A stretch of 64,000 nucleotides of DNA from Octopus sinensis (Eukaryota), in NCBI RefSeq assembly GCF_006345805.1, contig NC_043016.1, forward strand, positions 21,762,001-21,826,000. The letters run 5' to 3'. Made by a program: the position numbers and the translations under genes. The notes under the pieces were generated by a model. The model was given only the letters and a program-made list of their open reading frames with translations. It ran no database searches and was not told the origin of the DNA. Each line of letters starts with the position of its first letter. Position 1 is the stretch's first letter. Of the stretch, positions 35,483 through 47,977 are shown piece by piece.

Positions 35483-37764
35483 CGTTGTGTCCATGGCGAG
35501 AGGTAACGATTGAGGCCGAACTGCGTAAAGTGTTCCGGGAAGTTGGCAAACATAGCGTGTTATGATTGTAAGGAGAATGTTATAGGATTAACGCAGGCCT
35601 TAATATTGGTTCGTAAAGTTGCTTCTTTCTTGTACCTTCTTGAAGCTTTCGATTATTTAAACCCATCAGACACATGTTTTTGCTGTTTTTCTCACAGCAT
35701 ATCTTCATAATTTAGATCCACAATAGATCATGGAAACGGGTTTTTTAATTCGCAATAAAACGATTTGAAACTGTTTTATTTAATATTTCAGAACTTAGGG
35801 TTTAAGAACGTATTCCTCATAGGTTTAATCTCCCGACACCAATTTGCCTTTCCATTTTTTAGGAAGGCCAAGTATTTCTTCATTTATATTGCAATTATAA
35901 TTATCGATTTGTGACATTCCTCCCTTTACTTAGATGATTAATATTTCATTTCAGAAACCCGTTGCTATTGCTTACAATGTTTCATATTACATAATACTTA
36001 TTTAATGGCAATTCTGCTCTATTTAAAACCAAACGACGAAATATATAATCAGAATGGCTATTTGAAATACAAAAAAAAAAAAAAAAATAAAGGAAAAAAA
36101 GAGAAAACCTAGGTCTTTGAAATAAAGATTTATCCTCAGATCGAAGATGTAATTCGAATGCTTGTAAAGGTGTTCAAGGGGTCAGTTGTTGTCTACACTC
36201 GGTAGATTGTTTATTTACCAAAGAATGGAAACGGACCCTCCGTCGGACTTAAAGTTTCTAGCAAGTTATACTAATGATATTTTGGTCAACCTGAAGCTAT
36301 GGATACAGGACACTTACTCGAAACCGTGAAAAAGTCGTGAAGCGGATTTATGAAGTCTGTCCGTTATTTTTCTGTATTTGTTTTCCCTTAATAACATCAA
36401 AATTTTGAAAGACACTTATCAATAATTCATGTAAATGTCGGTTCCCTATGGCATAATAGAGAGATACTGACGCGGTAGTAAAGCTGAGGTATTTTGAATT
36501 CAATACTATCTTTTCCGAAAACAACAATAATAGTTTAACTTAGGAATGAATTCTTGAACTTTACGTCCAATAACCGTCTGTGAATAAAGCTTGCCATGCG
36601 ATTTTTGTTTTATTATTTCGTAACACGTAGGAAATAGTATACGTGGAAATAATAAAAACGGCAGAAACTTGAGTGGAGTTAGAATGGTTATTATTAGTTA
36701 AAAGTGATTCCTAAGAATTCTTTTTTCTAAGTGGAATACAAATGGAAATTGTGGTCATCATTTAAGTTTTGTTCGGTTTGCAGTAGGATTGAATAGGAAG
36801 CAGTTTAGATATGAAATTGGGTCGAAGTGCGAAATTTATGAGTTGATTATAAGTAGACATTTAAGTTTCAAGAGAAGCATTTTTCAATTGCTCGTTGTCA
36901 GGAAGTTTATTTTTCAACATTAAAAGTCAAACATTCTATTTAATTGATAGAAACCCTACCACTGAAAGAAAGTATAGGAGCGATAGTGTATGATAGGTTC
37001 AGCAGCTATTGGAGACTAGTTTCAAAACGTTTTGGTAACACTATAAATATCAGTTTGAAAAGAAATTAATTTCATTTGTCTGTGAGCTCTTGCTACTGAC
37101 GAGTAGGCTTTATTAAAAAAAATGTTCATGCCACACCTTCTGTGCAAATAAAATACCTCAACAAATGCTTTTACTGATTTACCAGTAAAGCTATCATCTA
37201 CATTTAGTTATGATACTTCTTCAATGTGTTACTCTTTAGAGCTCACTTCACATTAATTCTTTTGTTTTTAAAATATCAACATTCAAACATGGTTGGCTGA
37301 CATTCATTCTTATAAATGAAATTTGCTTAGCGGGTGTAAACCCGGGTTCGACATTCTTTTACAAAGTCGGATTTTTCAATCTTGATATCAAAACAAATAC
37401 AGGTTTAATAATAATAATTATAATTATAATTATTATATCTGTACATCAATCGAAATCAAATAAATCCATTGATGGAAAAGTAATATTTCAAATCAGTCCA
37501 AAAATTTGTTTTGGTGATGAAGTTTTTCAAGAGAATGTTCAGTGTTATTCATTGCCCTCATCCCCAATTTTAGTAGGGTGCGCTTGCACCCTCTGTTACC
37601 GAGTAAATGCTGATACTGAAGATTCCTTATTCCCCTACAATATATTCATTTATAAGCGAAGGGATCATACTCTTCTTACTTGAGATAATTTATAAACAAT
37701 TTAATTATAGAATCTAAATCAACAATTTAGCTTTGAACATAAGTTAATACTTCATTGAATACAA

Positions 37765-37818
<54 letters not shown>

Positions 37819-39099
37819 CGCAAATAAGAAGATAAAGAAAGACTTTAACGTCTTTAATGATCAGTTACAATTGTTTCTGTACCAACTTTCCTTTCAACAC
37901 CAGTTCATGCAAAAGCTCCGAGTGAAAATTTACATATTTGTAGTTTTAAACATTAGAGTGACTTTGCTTCAGTCTTGCATCAAAGGTAGGCTCTTACATT
38001 GTGCCTCTATCATTGTGTTTTTGCTTATATTGGGAAGAAACAAAGTAAATAAAGATGAAAATGTAAATAGACTGTGCAAAGATCGACAGGGCAAGTACAG
38101 TGTCAGTGCCAAAGTAAATAAAAGTATGGTTAGGGAATGAAGAAGCAGTAGAAGAGGAAGGAGATGAGAGAAAGAGGAGGAGGAGGTCAAGAAGAAAGAG
38201 AAAGTGAAAATAAATAGTTGGAAGGACCGAAGAATGATGTGGATAGTAACAAGTGATCCCACTCCAGTCTCAAATTACAACGGACAAAATTATTGTAATT
38301 CTGGTGTAGAATCTGAAATATCTAGTGGTAAAATAAAGAAACTAACAAAGAAAAAAGGAAGGATGGTAGTAAAAACAATTGCAACAATCACTGCAACCAT
38401 TATAACGAGAAGAAAATAATAATAAGAAATTAATTATAACAATACCACTACTATTAATAATAGAAATTAATAATATTAAAAATAATAACAATAATATTAC
38501 CAGTGATAGCCACTACAGGAGAGGCAGTTGGAAGACAATTTTAATGGTGGTGACTAGAGGAACACAATGTTAATGGTGATGACTATAGTCTGGGTGGAGA
38601 GGACAATTTTAAGGATGAGGGATGGATATCAAGTGAAATGGTTCTGGGTAATGAGAAAAGTATGTGGCATCAAGGAAAAACTGCTGTCACAGAGATGAAG
38701 AATGGTGGGTGTGTTTTGGGAAGAATTTGTGCAAAGGGCCCAATTGTGCATATATACCACTTAGGCATTGCAAGACATTGCAAGACCTGGTGTAGAACCC
38801 AATATACATATGTTTCAGAACAAAGTGTTAGCTGAGTATAGAGTGGTACTAAGAAAGAGAGATGCCAAAGGAACAAACAGTTATCTTATGAGTTACATTA
38901 GCTTTCGGCTGTTTCTGCTATAGTGGACTCATAGTTGAGTATCTGGGTAATACCTTATAGTTTCATTGGAGCCAGTCCACTGCATCTTATAACAGAAACA
39001 GTTGTAATCTAATGAAGTTCATAAGATATATATAGTTACACACACACACACACACTGCTCTTCCAGAACTAAGGTTTGCTGAATTGGTGGTGGTGATAG

Positions 39100-39325
39100 G
39101 GACTTCTCAAAAAGTGCAGTCATCTCAATCACTTGTTGTCTCCTTCATAAAGTTTAAGATCCTGTGATCAGCCTTTACCACTACATCCAATGTGTTTCTG
39201 GGTTTCCCTCTTCCACAAATTCCATCCACATTAAGTGATCACTTCTTCTTTATACAGCTGTTCTCATCCATATGCATCACGTCCATACAAGCATAATTGT
39301 TTTTCTTGCACACATCAACTGGAAG
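39100..39325 (-). mobile_element. Decayed RTE C-terminal fragment
   Basis: Homologous to the C-terminal part of 3072-3578 (...MDENSCIKK..LNVDGICGRGKPR). Confidence 0.55.
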
Positions 39326-39529
39326 AAGTGGACCTAGGAAGATGTGAGACAGAGTAATGAGAAAGGACCTTCAGCTATTGAACCTCCCTGAGAGGATGAC
39401 AATCTACCTGTCTATCTAGGTCATCCCACAGAATGCCCCAAGACTGTTTCCACATGTTTTCCCCATTCACCTTGATCTTTCATAATGGTCCTCAGCTCCT
39501 ATACCCCTTCCATACCAGTAACCTCCAGC

Positions 39530-40130
39530 AGGTTGTCAAAATAGGTCATCTTCCTCCTTGTCTCCTGGTTCTTCTTTCCGTTGGTTGCCAGAGCACTAGC
39601 TTGTTAGCAATTTCATCAGTGTGTCTGATGCAGTGTCCAGCTAGCCTCATTCTTCTATGCTGTATCTTCAATATTACTTTTGGTAGTCCCTGGTATAAGT
39701 TGGCATTTATTGTATGACTCTTCCAGGAGACATTGAGTGCCATTCTAAGCATCCTTGTATAAGAACCATCCAACTGCTTCTTAATGCTTTCATGAGCATC
39801 CAAGTTTCAGCCCCGTATAGAAGAACAGATTCCACTGTGGCCAGAAACAACCTCACTTTCAATTTCTTTGTTAACTTTGAAATCCATACCTTTCTCAATT
39901 TATGGCATGTGCGCCAGGCAAGAGCTTTCCTTGCTATGATGTCTTTTTCAGCACCAAGGTATTTGAAATTTTTGACTACCTTGAGTGACTTGCTATCTCT
40001 CACTTTCACTGACACAGGCATTTTGTGGTTGAATAGTTGCAGCTCTGTTTTCTTTGTGTTGCAGTACAATCCTAAGATGACAAGTGTCTGAGACTTTTGG
40101 CGATTTGTTGCTCCCAAGAAGAATTGTCAA
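39530..40130 (-). mobile_element. RTE-like LINE RT C-terminal fragment, different family
   Basis: VKNFKYLG...KALAWRTCHKLRKVW...LFLATVESVLLYGAETW; LDGSYTRMLRMALNVSW...RRMRLAGHCIRH. Confidence 0.85.
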
Positions 40131-40689
40131 GTTAAGTAAAATCTTGGCCATCCATCCATACTGGCATGTTCTTTATAGCCAGTCCCCAACTCATGCGCGT
40201 GCACACACACACACACAATTCTGTTCTCTGTCAAACTCCCCCACACCCTCATCACCTACTGCAGGACCTGCTGCTTTTCCTCATGTACCTATCCACACAC
40301 TCTCTCTGTATTTATATACCTACCATATCACCACCCCAGCCAATTCCAATTCTTCTCATCATCACTTACTATCTCTATAGCCATTTCACTTTCTTTCAAC
40401 ATCACTTGCTCTGCTGGCTCTAAACATCTCCTCTCATACTCTTATGGAACATACCCTTCTATCCCTTTTGTACTACTTATACTACACCAACTGTTCCCTG
40501 CATGCAGATTCTCTCTCTCTCTCTCTCTCCACCTATCCCTCTATCTTTCTTTAACTCTCTCCTAACTTCCTCTTCTTCCTTGTCCCACTGAGGAAGCCAA
40601 ATATCCCCTCCAGTAAGAGGGCTACTTCTGTTCTTTTCTAATCTCTTGGTTCCATTTCTCTCAGCTGAGAGGTCTTTGTCTTGTGAGCT

Positions 40690-41330
40690 TGCAGGTGCTG
40701 GTACCATATAAAAGCATCTGTGCTTGTGTCATGTAAAAAGCATCTATACTGGTGCCACTTAAAAAGCACCCATGCTGGTATCTTATATAAAGTGCCAGTG
40801 CTGGTGTCACATAAAAAGCACCCAGTATAAAGTGGTTGGTGTTAGGAAGGGCATCCAGCCATAGAAACCATGCCAAAACAGACAATCAGAGCCTGCCAGC
40901 TCCTGTCAAGCCATCCATTGCAAGAAAGGTATACCAAAGTGGGCTGGTTACATCACTGGCATAGGCCATGGGTTATGGTCTCACTTGGCTTGCCAGGTCT
41001 TCTCAAGCACAGCATATTTCCAAAGGTCTCGGTCACTAGTCATTGCCTTGGTGAGGCCTCATGTTTGAAGGTCATGCTTCACCACCTCATCCCAAGTCTT
41101 CCTGGGTCTACCTTTTCCACAGTTTCCCTCGTCTGCTAGGGTGTAACACTTTTTCACACAGCTATCCTCAACCATTCACACCACATGACCATACCAATGC
41201 AGTCGTCTCTCTTGCACACAACATCTGATGCTTCTTAGGTCCAACTTATCTCTCAAGGCACTTACACTCTGTCAAGTATGCACGCTGACATCACACATCC
41301 AGTGGAGCATACTGGTTTCGTTCCTTTTCT
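40690..41330. mobile_element. RTE 3'-UTR piece (+, 40690-40915) joined to an RTE C-terminal piece (-, 40915-41330)
   Basis: Both parts align to the RTE copy at 28028-28930, in opposite orientations. Confidence 0.7.
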
Positions 41331-41534
41331 ACACTATGAAAACGTTACTCAACTTTGGGGTTTTCGAGACAGACGCCTCCTTTTCTCACACACACATGCA
41401 TACACGCACAATCACATGCGCATGCACACACACACACACACACACATGCACTTATATTAATGATGTACACAAATACATGACAGGTTTACAATAATACTGA
41501 AATACACATAAAGTAAACACATACAGAAATATAT

Positions 41535-41772
41535 ATTACTCTTTTACTTGTTTCAGTCATTTGACTGTGGCCATACTGAAGCACCGCCTTTAGTCAAGCA
41601 AATCGACCCCAGGACTTATTCTTTGTAAGCCTAGTACTTATTCTATCAGTTTCTTTTGCCGAAGTAAACACACCAGCATCGGTTGTCAAGCAATGTTGGG
41701 GGGACAAGGACAAACACACAAACATATACACACATACATATATATGTACATATATACGACGGGCTTCTTTCA
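41535..41772 (-). mobile_element. SINE family 1, 3' half
   Basis: Minus-strand GAAAGAAGCCCGTCGTATAT...CAGTCAAATGACTGAAACAAGTAAAAGAG; the same tail occurs at 55664-55700. Confidence 0.7.
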
Positions 41773-42144
41773 AGATGTTGATTTTATTAGGTATTTCTGT
41801 TTATTTAGAAACCTACAATGAAATTAGGTATTTCTATTCATTTAGAAATTTACAATGGACATATCAGACACTAAACTATAAATTTTACAGGGTATAATCT
41901 TAAAATTGACCCCGCCCCACTAAACACAGAAAATTTCTGTCTCGCTATTGGCTAAAAATACCCAATTTTTTCGCTTATTAAACCTCTATAACTTTTTTCT
42001 CCAATTGTTTTCTCCACAACATCATACCTTCAAAGCAATGAGACTGGAAGGCTACATTATTATAGCCGATTTTCATATTTTTTTTACTCTCTTTTAAAAA
42101 ATGCATATTTTGCGAATGAAAAAAACTAGATCCGAAAATGCCAT

Positions 42145-43645
42145 AGATTTATTCATGGAAGAAGTTTCTGTTCACAAATAGATCATTGCCCACAACTTCA
42201 ATATACGGTTCTAAAAAAGGAATACCAACACACACAGCAAATAGACTACAGCAATGGGGCTCTACACTATTGAATTTTGACTACGAAAGGGAATATTTAT
42301 CGTCTAAAAAGCTATGGCATGCAGATGGTTTGTCCAGACTGAGACTGAAGCACTGCTAGCCATTCAAAGATACGGTAATCGCAGCTTTAAGAGCAGAAGG
42401 AGGAATAAAAAATGTAATGTGGAATGTGATACGCGAATTACTGGTAACCCTAGATGACATAAAGTGAAATGCAGTAAAGGACAAATTCATAACAAAAGTG
42501 AAAAGAACACTGTGGTCAGGAAGAGTAAATAAGAACAGGATTAGTGCAAAATGAAACCAAGATGTGATCCTCTACTCAGTTTGTGATGGCATACTGATTT
42601 ATACACAGAAAGTAGTGATACCTGAAACACTGCAAAAGTAAATGTTCAGGGAATTTCATGATGGACATCCTGGTATTTCGAGGATGAAAGTTTTAATGCG
42701 TAGCTATGTGTACTGGTGAAAAATGAATAGGGAAATCGAAAATTTAGTGAAAGGCTGTAGTGGATGTGCTTTAGCAGCAAAATTGCCGGCAAGAAAAAGT
42801 AAGCTTTGGCCAAAAGTAGATGTTCTGTGGTCGAGACTACATATCAATTTCACCAGTCATTTAAATGGTTCATACTACTTAATGGTAGTTGATAGTTTCT
42901 CTAAATGGCCAGAAATTTGTAAGTGTAAAAAAAACAACCTCCTCAACTGACAATTTTTTTTACATGAGCTGTTTGTGAGATTTGGCATCCCAGACGCGAT
43001 AGTGTCTGACAATGGAAGGCAATTTGTGTCTTTTGAATTTAGAAAGTTGTGTAAAACGTTCGCTGTAGAACATGTAACTATGGTGCCATACCATCCCAGA
43101 TCTAACGGACAAGCAAGACGCTTTGTCGACACATTCAAGAGAGCCCTAAGGAAGTCACGGATAAGACAGCTCTACAACAATTCTTAAGAGTATACTGTGT
43201 GACACCAAATCCAACTACACCAGCAGGGCTGATGTTTGCAAGAAAAATAAAATCAGTCTTCAACAATTACTACCTGGTAAGAAAAGAAAAATTGCAATGG
43301 ATTGATAATACAGCAAGATTTTTCAAAATTGGTGAAAAGGTATTTGTGAGGGGGTATAAGAATGGAAAACAGTGTTGGGAAGATGGTGTGATTACCAAAT
43401 GCATAGGAAAAATGCTATACATGGTAAAAAGTAGAAAAGGGCTATAAAAGAGACACATGAACCAACTGAAAAAAAGATTTGTTGAGAGTGAACCCAAGAG
43501 AATGGAAGAACCAATGGAATAGTTATAAGATACTTTCCAAGTACCAACAGCACCGCAGGTAATTGAACCCAGACACACAAGCGTAAGCAAAAGAAAAAGT
43601 ACGGAGTTCCTGAAAGTGGATGCCAATCGCAAAAAATATTAAATG
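42145..43645 (+). mobile_element. Gypsy LTR-retrotransposon pol remnant (RNase H and integrase)
   Basis: YGSKKGIPTHTANRLQQW, HADGLSRL, HDGHPGISRMKVLMRSYVYW..MNREIENLVKGCSGC (HHCC), VVDSFSKWPE, FGIPDAIVSDNGRQF, PYHPRSNGQA; frameshifted, no LTRs seen. Confidence 0.9.
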
Positions 43646-43766
43646 TGTAACTAAGGAAAAAAAAAAAGAAAACTCAAAAATAGGATGCGAGTGATATAAA
43701 AAGTATTGCTTTTAAGAGAAATAAAATAATACTCACTAAGAAAAAAGAAAAAACTTAAAAGGGGTA

Positions 43767-44598
43767 TGAGATGTTAAAGCACGTCGAATGAAGCTGCTTG
43801 GCACAAATTGACCTTGAACTCTGTTGTGCATGCACACTAAGTTTCAACATCCCAGCTCACAGCCACTGTTTATAGCAGTGCTTGGAAGAAAGGTGTATAG
43901 CGTATGATCGTAGTATTGACCATGACAGACTAAGTTGAGCAGAGAATCTGCATCAAATTTTGCCAAAAGCTTTGCGATATCTGTTCGGAGGTCAATGCAA
44001 AGTTTTCAAAAAGTTTTCTTCATTTTCGACTCGAAACCGAAACCTGAGTAACTTCTTGGTCAGCTGAAAGCAGTTTTGGCGCAAACTTGACAGACACACA
44101 TCTCATACCCAAACCTTCAGTGATAATGGACTGAACTGAACCATAACTAATCTGCACATCATCTGATAACTCACGGATGGTGATTCAACAATTTCCCTTC
44201 AGAGCTGCATGTACTGCGATGTTTTTCTCAGTCCTACTGGTTGTGGTTCTCCCAGAACATTCGTCAATATCGACATTTTTCAGCCTTCGTGGAAACGTCT
44301 GAAATACTTGTAGACTTGTATGTGGCTCATACACTCTTCTCCATACACTTTCTGCAAATTTGTGTAGGCCTCTGAGCAGGTATTGTCATGACAACTTTCT
44401 GTCATGGTCAATGCGACGGACACATGCTACAGACCTTCCTTCTAAGCACTTCTGTAAGCAGCGGAATTGAGCTAGAATGTTAAAACTTAGTATGCATGCA
44501 CAATAGAGTTCAAAGTTAATCTTTGCCAAGCGGCTTCACTCTATGTGCTTTAGCTTCTTTACTATGGCAACACCCATGTACTTATTGATCAGACCATA
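43767..44598 (-). mobile_element. Second copy of the mariner derivative with duplicated 5' termini
   Basis: Same architecture as 18132-18998 in the opposite orientation; right TIR TACTTATTGATCAGACCATA. Confidence 0.8.
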
Positions 44599-44643
<45 letters not shown>

Positions 44644-44645
<2 letters not shown>

Positions 44646-44850
44646 TCATCATCATCATAGTTTAAAATCTGCTTTTCATGCTGGTATAGGTGGGACAGTT
44701 TCACAGGAGCCGGCCAGGCAGAAGCCTGCATCAGACTTCTGCGACTGTTTTGGCAGGATTTTTACAGCTAGATACCTTTCCTAACACCAACCATCCAGCA
44801 GGTCGGTTTTGGCAAGGGTTTTACAGCTGGATGCCCTTCCAAGTGTCAAC
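44644..44850 (-). mobile_element. RTE-tail repeat fragment
   Basis: (CAT)n...TACAGCTGGATGCCCTTCC. Confidence 0.65.
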
Positions 44851-45150
44851 CAAAGTTTGAACTGTTTCCAAAGAAATTTTTGTCCCTTCTTCAGCTAAAA
44901 CAGTCTCTAGTTCTTGTAGTGATGGTAGTGGAGGATATCGACTCCTTACTTGATTTTCTGAAATGCACCGTAAATGTTCAATAATATTGAGATCTGGGGA
45001 CTGTGGTGGCCAGATAAGATGTTCAACTTCACTAGAATGTTCCTCATGCCATTCAGTAACAAGTGATGCATTATCATCCTGAAAGATTGTGTTTCCTTCT
45101 GGAAACAGTTCTGCAACCATAGGATGAATTTGATCAGATAAAATGCTCTG
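44850..45150 (-). mobile_element. Tc1-like transposase fragment, same family as 16285-16977
   Basis: PEGNTIFQDDNA..EWHEEHSSEVEHLIWPPQSPDLNIIEHL. Confidence 0.85.
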
Positions 45151-46396
45151 TTGTCCATTTGGTCCTGAGACTGTTAACTCTGGCTTGTATGCTACTATCC
45201 CTGTGTTGCAGTGGTCATTCAGCGGACAAGTTGTGTTATCCTTGCATGAACATCCTGCTTCTGCCTCGGGTGTAGGCCTATCTACAAATATCTTTTTTAC
45301 ATTAGGTGCATAGCTAAAGGATAGTTTCAGGGTATGTCTATTAAATATTTTATTGAATCTATTAGTACGGAGGAAGTGCCTATCAACTAAACTAAGGAAA
45401 AATTTACCTACTCTGGTCTTTACGTCTAAAGAGACCGGTGGCATGAATCACAGCACATTCCGGTAACGCTTTCTCTTCAATGAGAGGGGGGCTAGGATCT
45501 GGCATGTAACTAATACTATCCTTGAAACCGCTGGCAGCTAGGGCCCAGTTGTAGTACATGGTAGCAGCATTAAAGATCTCTTTGCTTGAAGATAAGATGG
45601 AGATTCTCCTGCTGATGTCCTTACCCGGGTTCCTGAACACTATGGCTGGATGGCAGGAACCTGTGTTAATGTAAGGCAGTTTCTCATTTGGTTTTCTAAA
45701 TGGCCTACAGGCGCCAGATTCCAGGTCCAGGGTCACATCAAAGAGATCTGCCGTTTTCAGGTTGGTCTCTATCATGACCTTCAGTCCAAGAGAGTTCATG
45801 GTGCTTGTGAGGTTCTCTCTGAACCTATCTAGCTTGTGGCCATTGGCCCCTCTTGGTATTTCCAGTGCGTTATCTTTGTAGAGTCCAAAGCTACTTGAAG
45901 GGAATTTCCTTTTAAGTGCATCTAAGATGAAGAAACCCACTAGGTCATATACATCAGCACTGTTGAAGGAGTCCTCCGGGTAAGTATGTTTGGCTAAGAG
46001 TAGGGTTCTTCTGGCGTTCATGATAATGCGTATGTCCTCGTTGCTGACTTCAGTGTGGGCCTTTGACTGGAGCTTCTTTGGTATAGATGAGTAGAAATCA
46101 ACTATATAAAATTGGGTAAACCTAGCTCTATCCCTACCTCTATTGGCCTTAAGCCATGTAATGACCTCTTTGGTGTTGTGCCATAGGGCAATGTCAGAGA
46201 AGTTTCTAATGCCGTTACTGATCTTCCTGATGAGCTGTTTACTTACTTGTCCAATCTCAGACTTCACCAGGTTTATCAGCCTGCATTTAGATTTGGAGGT
46301 AAAGTTAGGATTATGATCCTTGATCATTATGAAGGCCTCTTTCTTCACCAGCGTTTCTACCCTATTTTCTATGCCTAGTTTAAAAGCTATATTTCT

Positions 46397-46815
46397 TATT
46401 TCTTTATTACCCACAAGGGGCTAAACATAGAGGGGACAAACAAGGACAGACAAAGGGATTAAGTCGATTACATCGACCCCAGTGCGAAACTGGCATTTAA
46501 TTTATCGACCCTGAAAGGATGAAAGGCAAAATTGACCTTGGCGGAATTTGAATTCAGAACATAACGGCAGATGAAATGCCTATTTCTTTACTACCCACAA
46601 GGGGCTAAACACAGAGGGGACAAACAAGGACAGACGAACAGATTAAGTCGATTACATTGACTCCAGTGCGTAACTGGTGCTTAATTTATCGATCCCGAAA
46701 GGATGAAAGGCAAAGTCGACCTTGGCGTAATTTGAACTCAGAGCGTAATGGCAGATGAAATATGACTACGCATTTTGCCTGGCGTGCTTACGTTTCTGCC
46801 AGCTCACCACCTTAT
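46397..46815 (-). mobile_element. Head-to-tail dimer of tRNA-derived SINE family 2 inside the PLE ORF, 14-bp TSD
   Basis: AAAGCTATATTTCT at 46383-46396 and 46816-46829; two copies of GAGTTCAAATT...GCCTTTCATCCTTTC.GGG.TCGATAAATTAA...GTGGGTA.TAAAGAAATA. Confidence 0.85.
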
Positions 46816-47497
46816 AAAGCTATATTTCTATTGTATGCCTGGAGGCTAGCCCCACTGTACATCTGTGTAATGCTGTTGTTAAGAAGTTATACGTATGTGT
46901 CACTACTTACTCTATATAAAGTTTTTGTTTTATCAGAAAAGAGAATGGGCCTGTCAGAAGACTGAAGCATACAGGTGTCTGTTCTGAGTTTACGTTGGAA
47001 AGGGTTTGAGGACTTTTACAGGCGGAGTATTATGTTCAACAGGTCATTTTTGAAAGCCTCCAGTTCCTTGATCTTGGGTGGAAACTTCCCAGATTTAAGC
47101 CCAAATTTTCAGTTTCCGTTGGTGGTTTGGGCTGGTCAAAGTAAAAAGCTTTCCATCTCATCCACCTGATCAATTCGATTATTTTCTCCAGCAGCAGCCT
47201 TGTATAGAGTTCGTTCGGTGGTGGTGGAATATTCTTTGTTGAATATCCCAAATCCATTTGTAAAGCATGTATAAAATAATGTTATAATCTTTGATGATTA
47301 TGTAGAGCACAACGCCGGTGAGCGTAGATATATGGCACAAGCTGCAGAGGACCTATTGCAATACACTCTACGTTTTGTGGAAGCGTGTGCTTGCGTGAGT
47401 CTTCTAAGAGTCCATAAGTTGGGGAAAAGATGCACTCGTATATCTATCAATATAGTGTGGATATTATCCGAAATATATAGTATTATATATCCATTAC

Positions 47498-47586
47498 AGC
47501 TGATCTTACCAATCGGTTTCGTGCAAGGAACAGTGGACTATTAGGCAATAATCCGGTTATATAAAGTTATGCTCATCAGAGTTAGC
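47498..47586 (-). ncRNA. Hammerhead-like motif in the PLE pseudo-LTR (mirror copy ~48230-48315, +)
   Basis: GCTAACT-CTGATGA-GC...GCAC-GAAAC-CGATTG-GTA-AGATCAGC; stem I and stem II are imperfect. Confidence 0.5.
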
Positions 47587-47977
47587 CAATATGAAAGGGA
47601 ATATGGTGACTGATTTCTATTGTCGGTGGTAGATTAACACAACCTGTCAATGGCTGCTGTGGAAAAGGGTAGTGAAATGAAAAAGGGCCAGGGTATTAGG
47701 TTAGGAGTCATGCTCTTTGGTTGGGTATGCTGTGAGGCCGGTAAGTGTTATCTTAAAGTGTTTGTGTGCATTATTAAATGTGGCACTCCTGTGGGGATTT
47801 GGGGATTGGGTGTGTGATATGTGTTGTGGTGTCATGTGCATAATTTTTTCCAGGGTTGTAGGTAAACGTGGCTGTGTTCGTTGATCCATTTTCTTTCAAT
47901 AAAAGATAAGGTGTGCATGTGTGTGTGGGTTATGTTAGTGTACGGTGTGTAATTTGTGTGCGGGAGAGGGTCTATGT

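Larger units (their letters stand above)
45150..47846 (-). mobile_element. Near full-length Penelope-like element (pLTR, N-terminus, RT, thumb, Cys linker); endonuclease lost
   Basis: MDLGYSTKNIPPP..LLEKI..LIRWMRWKAFYF; AFIMIKDHNPNF..KCRLINLVKSEIGQVSK; FYIVDFYSSI; GLYKDNAL; DLFDVTLDL..G.CRPFRKPN; KIFNRHTLKLSFSY; CSCKDNTTCPLNDHC. The motif style fits my recollection of the Hydra PLE clade (inference). Confidence 0.9.

Noticed and set aside
37575-37592. Perfect hairpin AGGGTGC-GCTT-GCACCCT as a terminator or Helitron end
   Set aside because: No adjacent CTRR end or matching 5' TC found; too short to assign.
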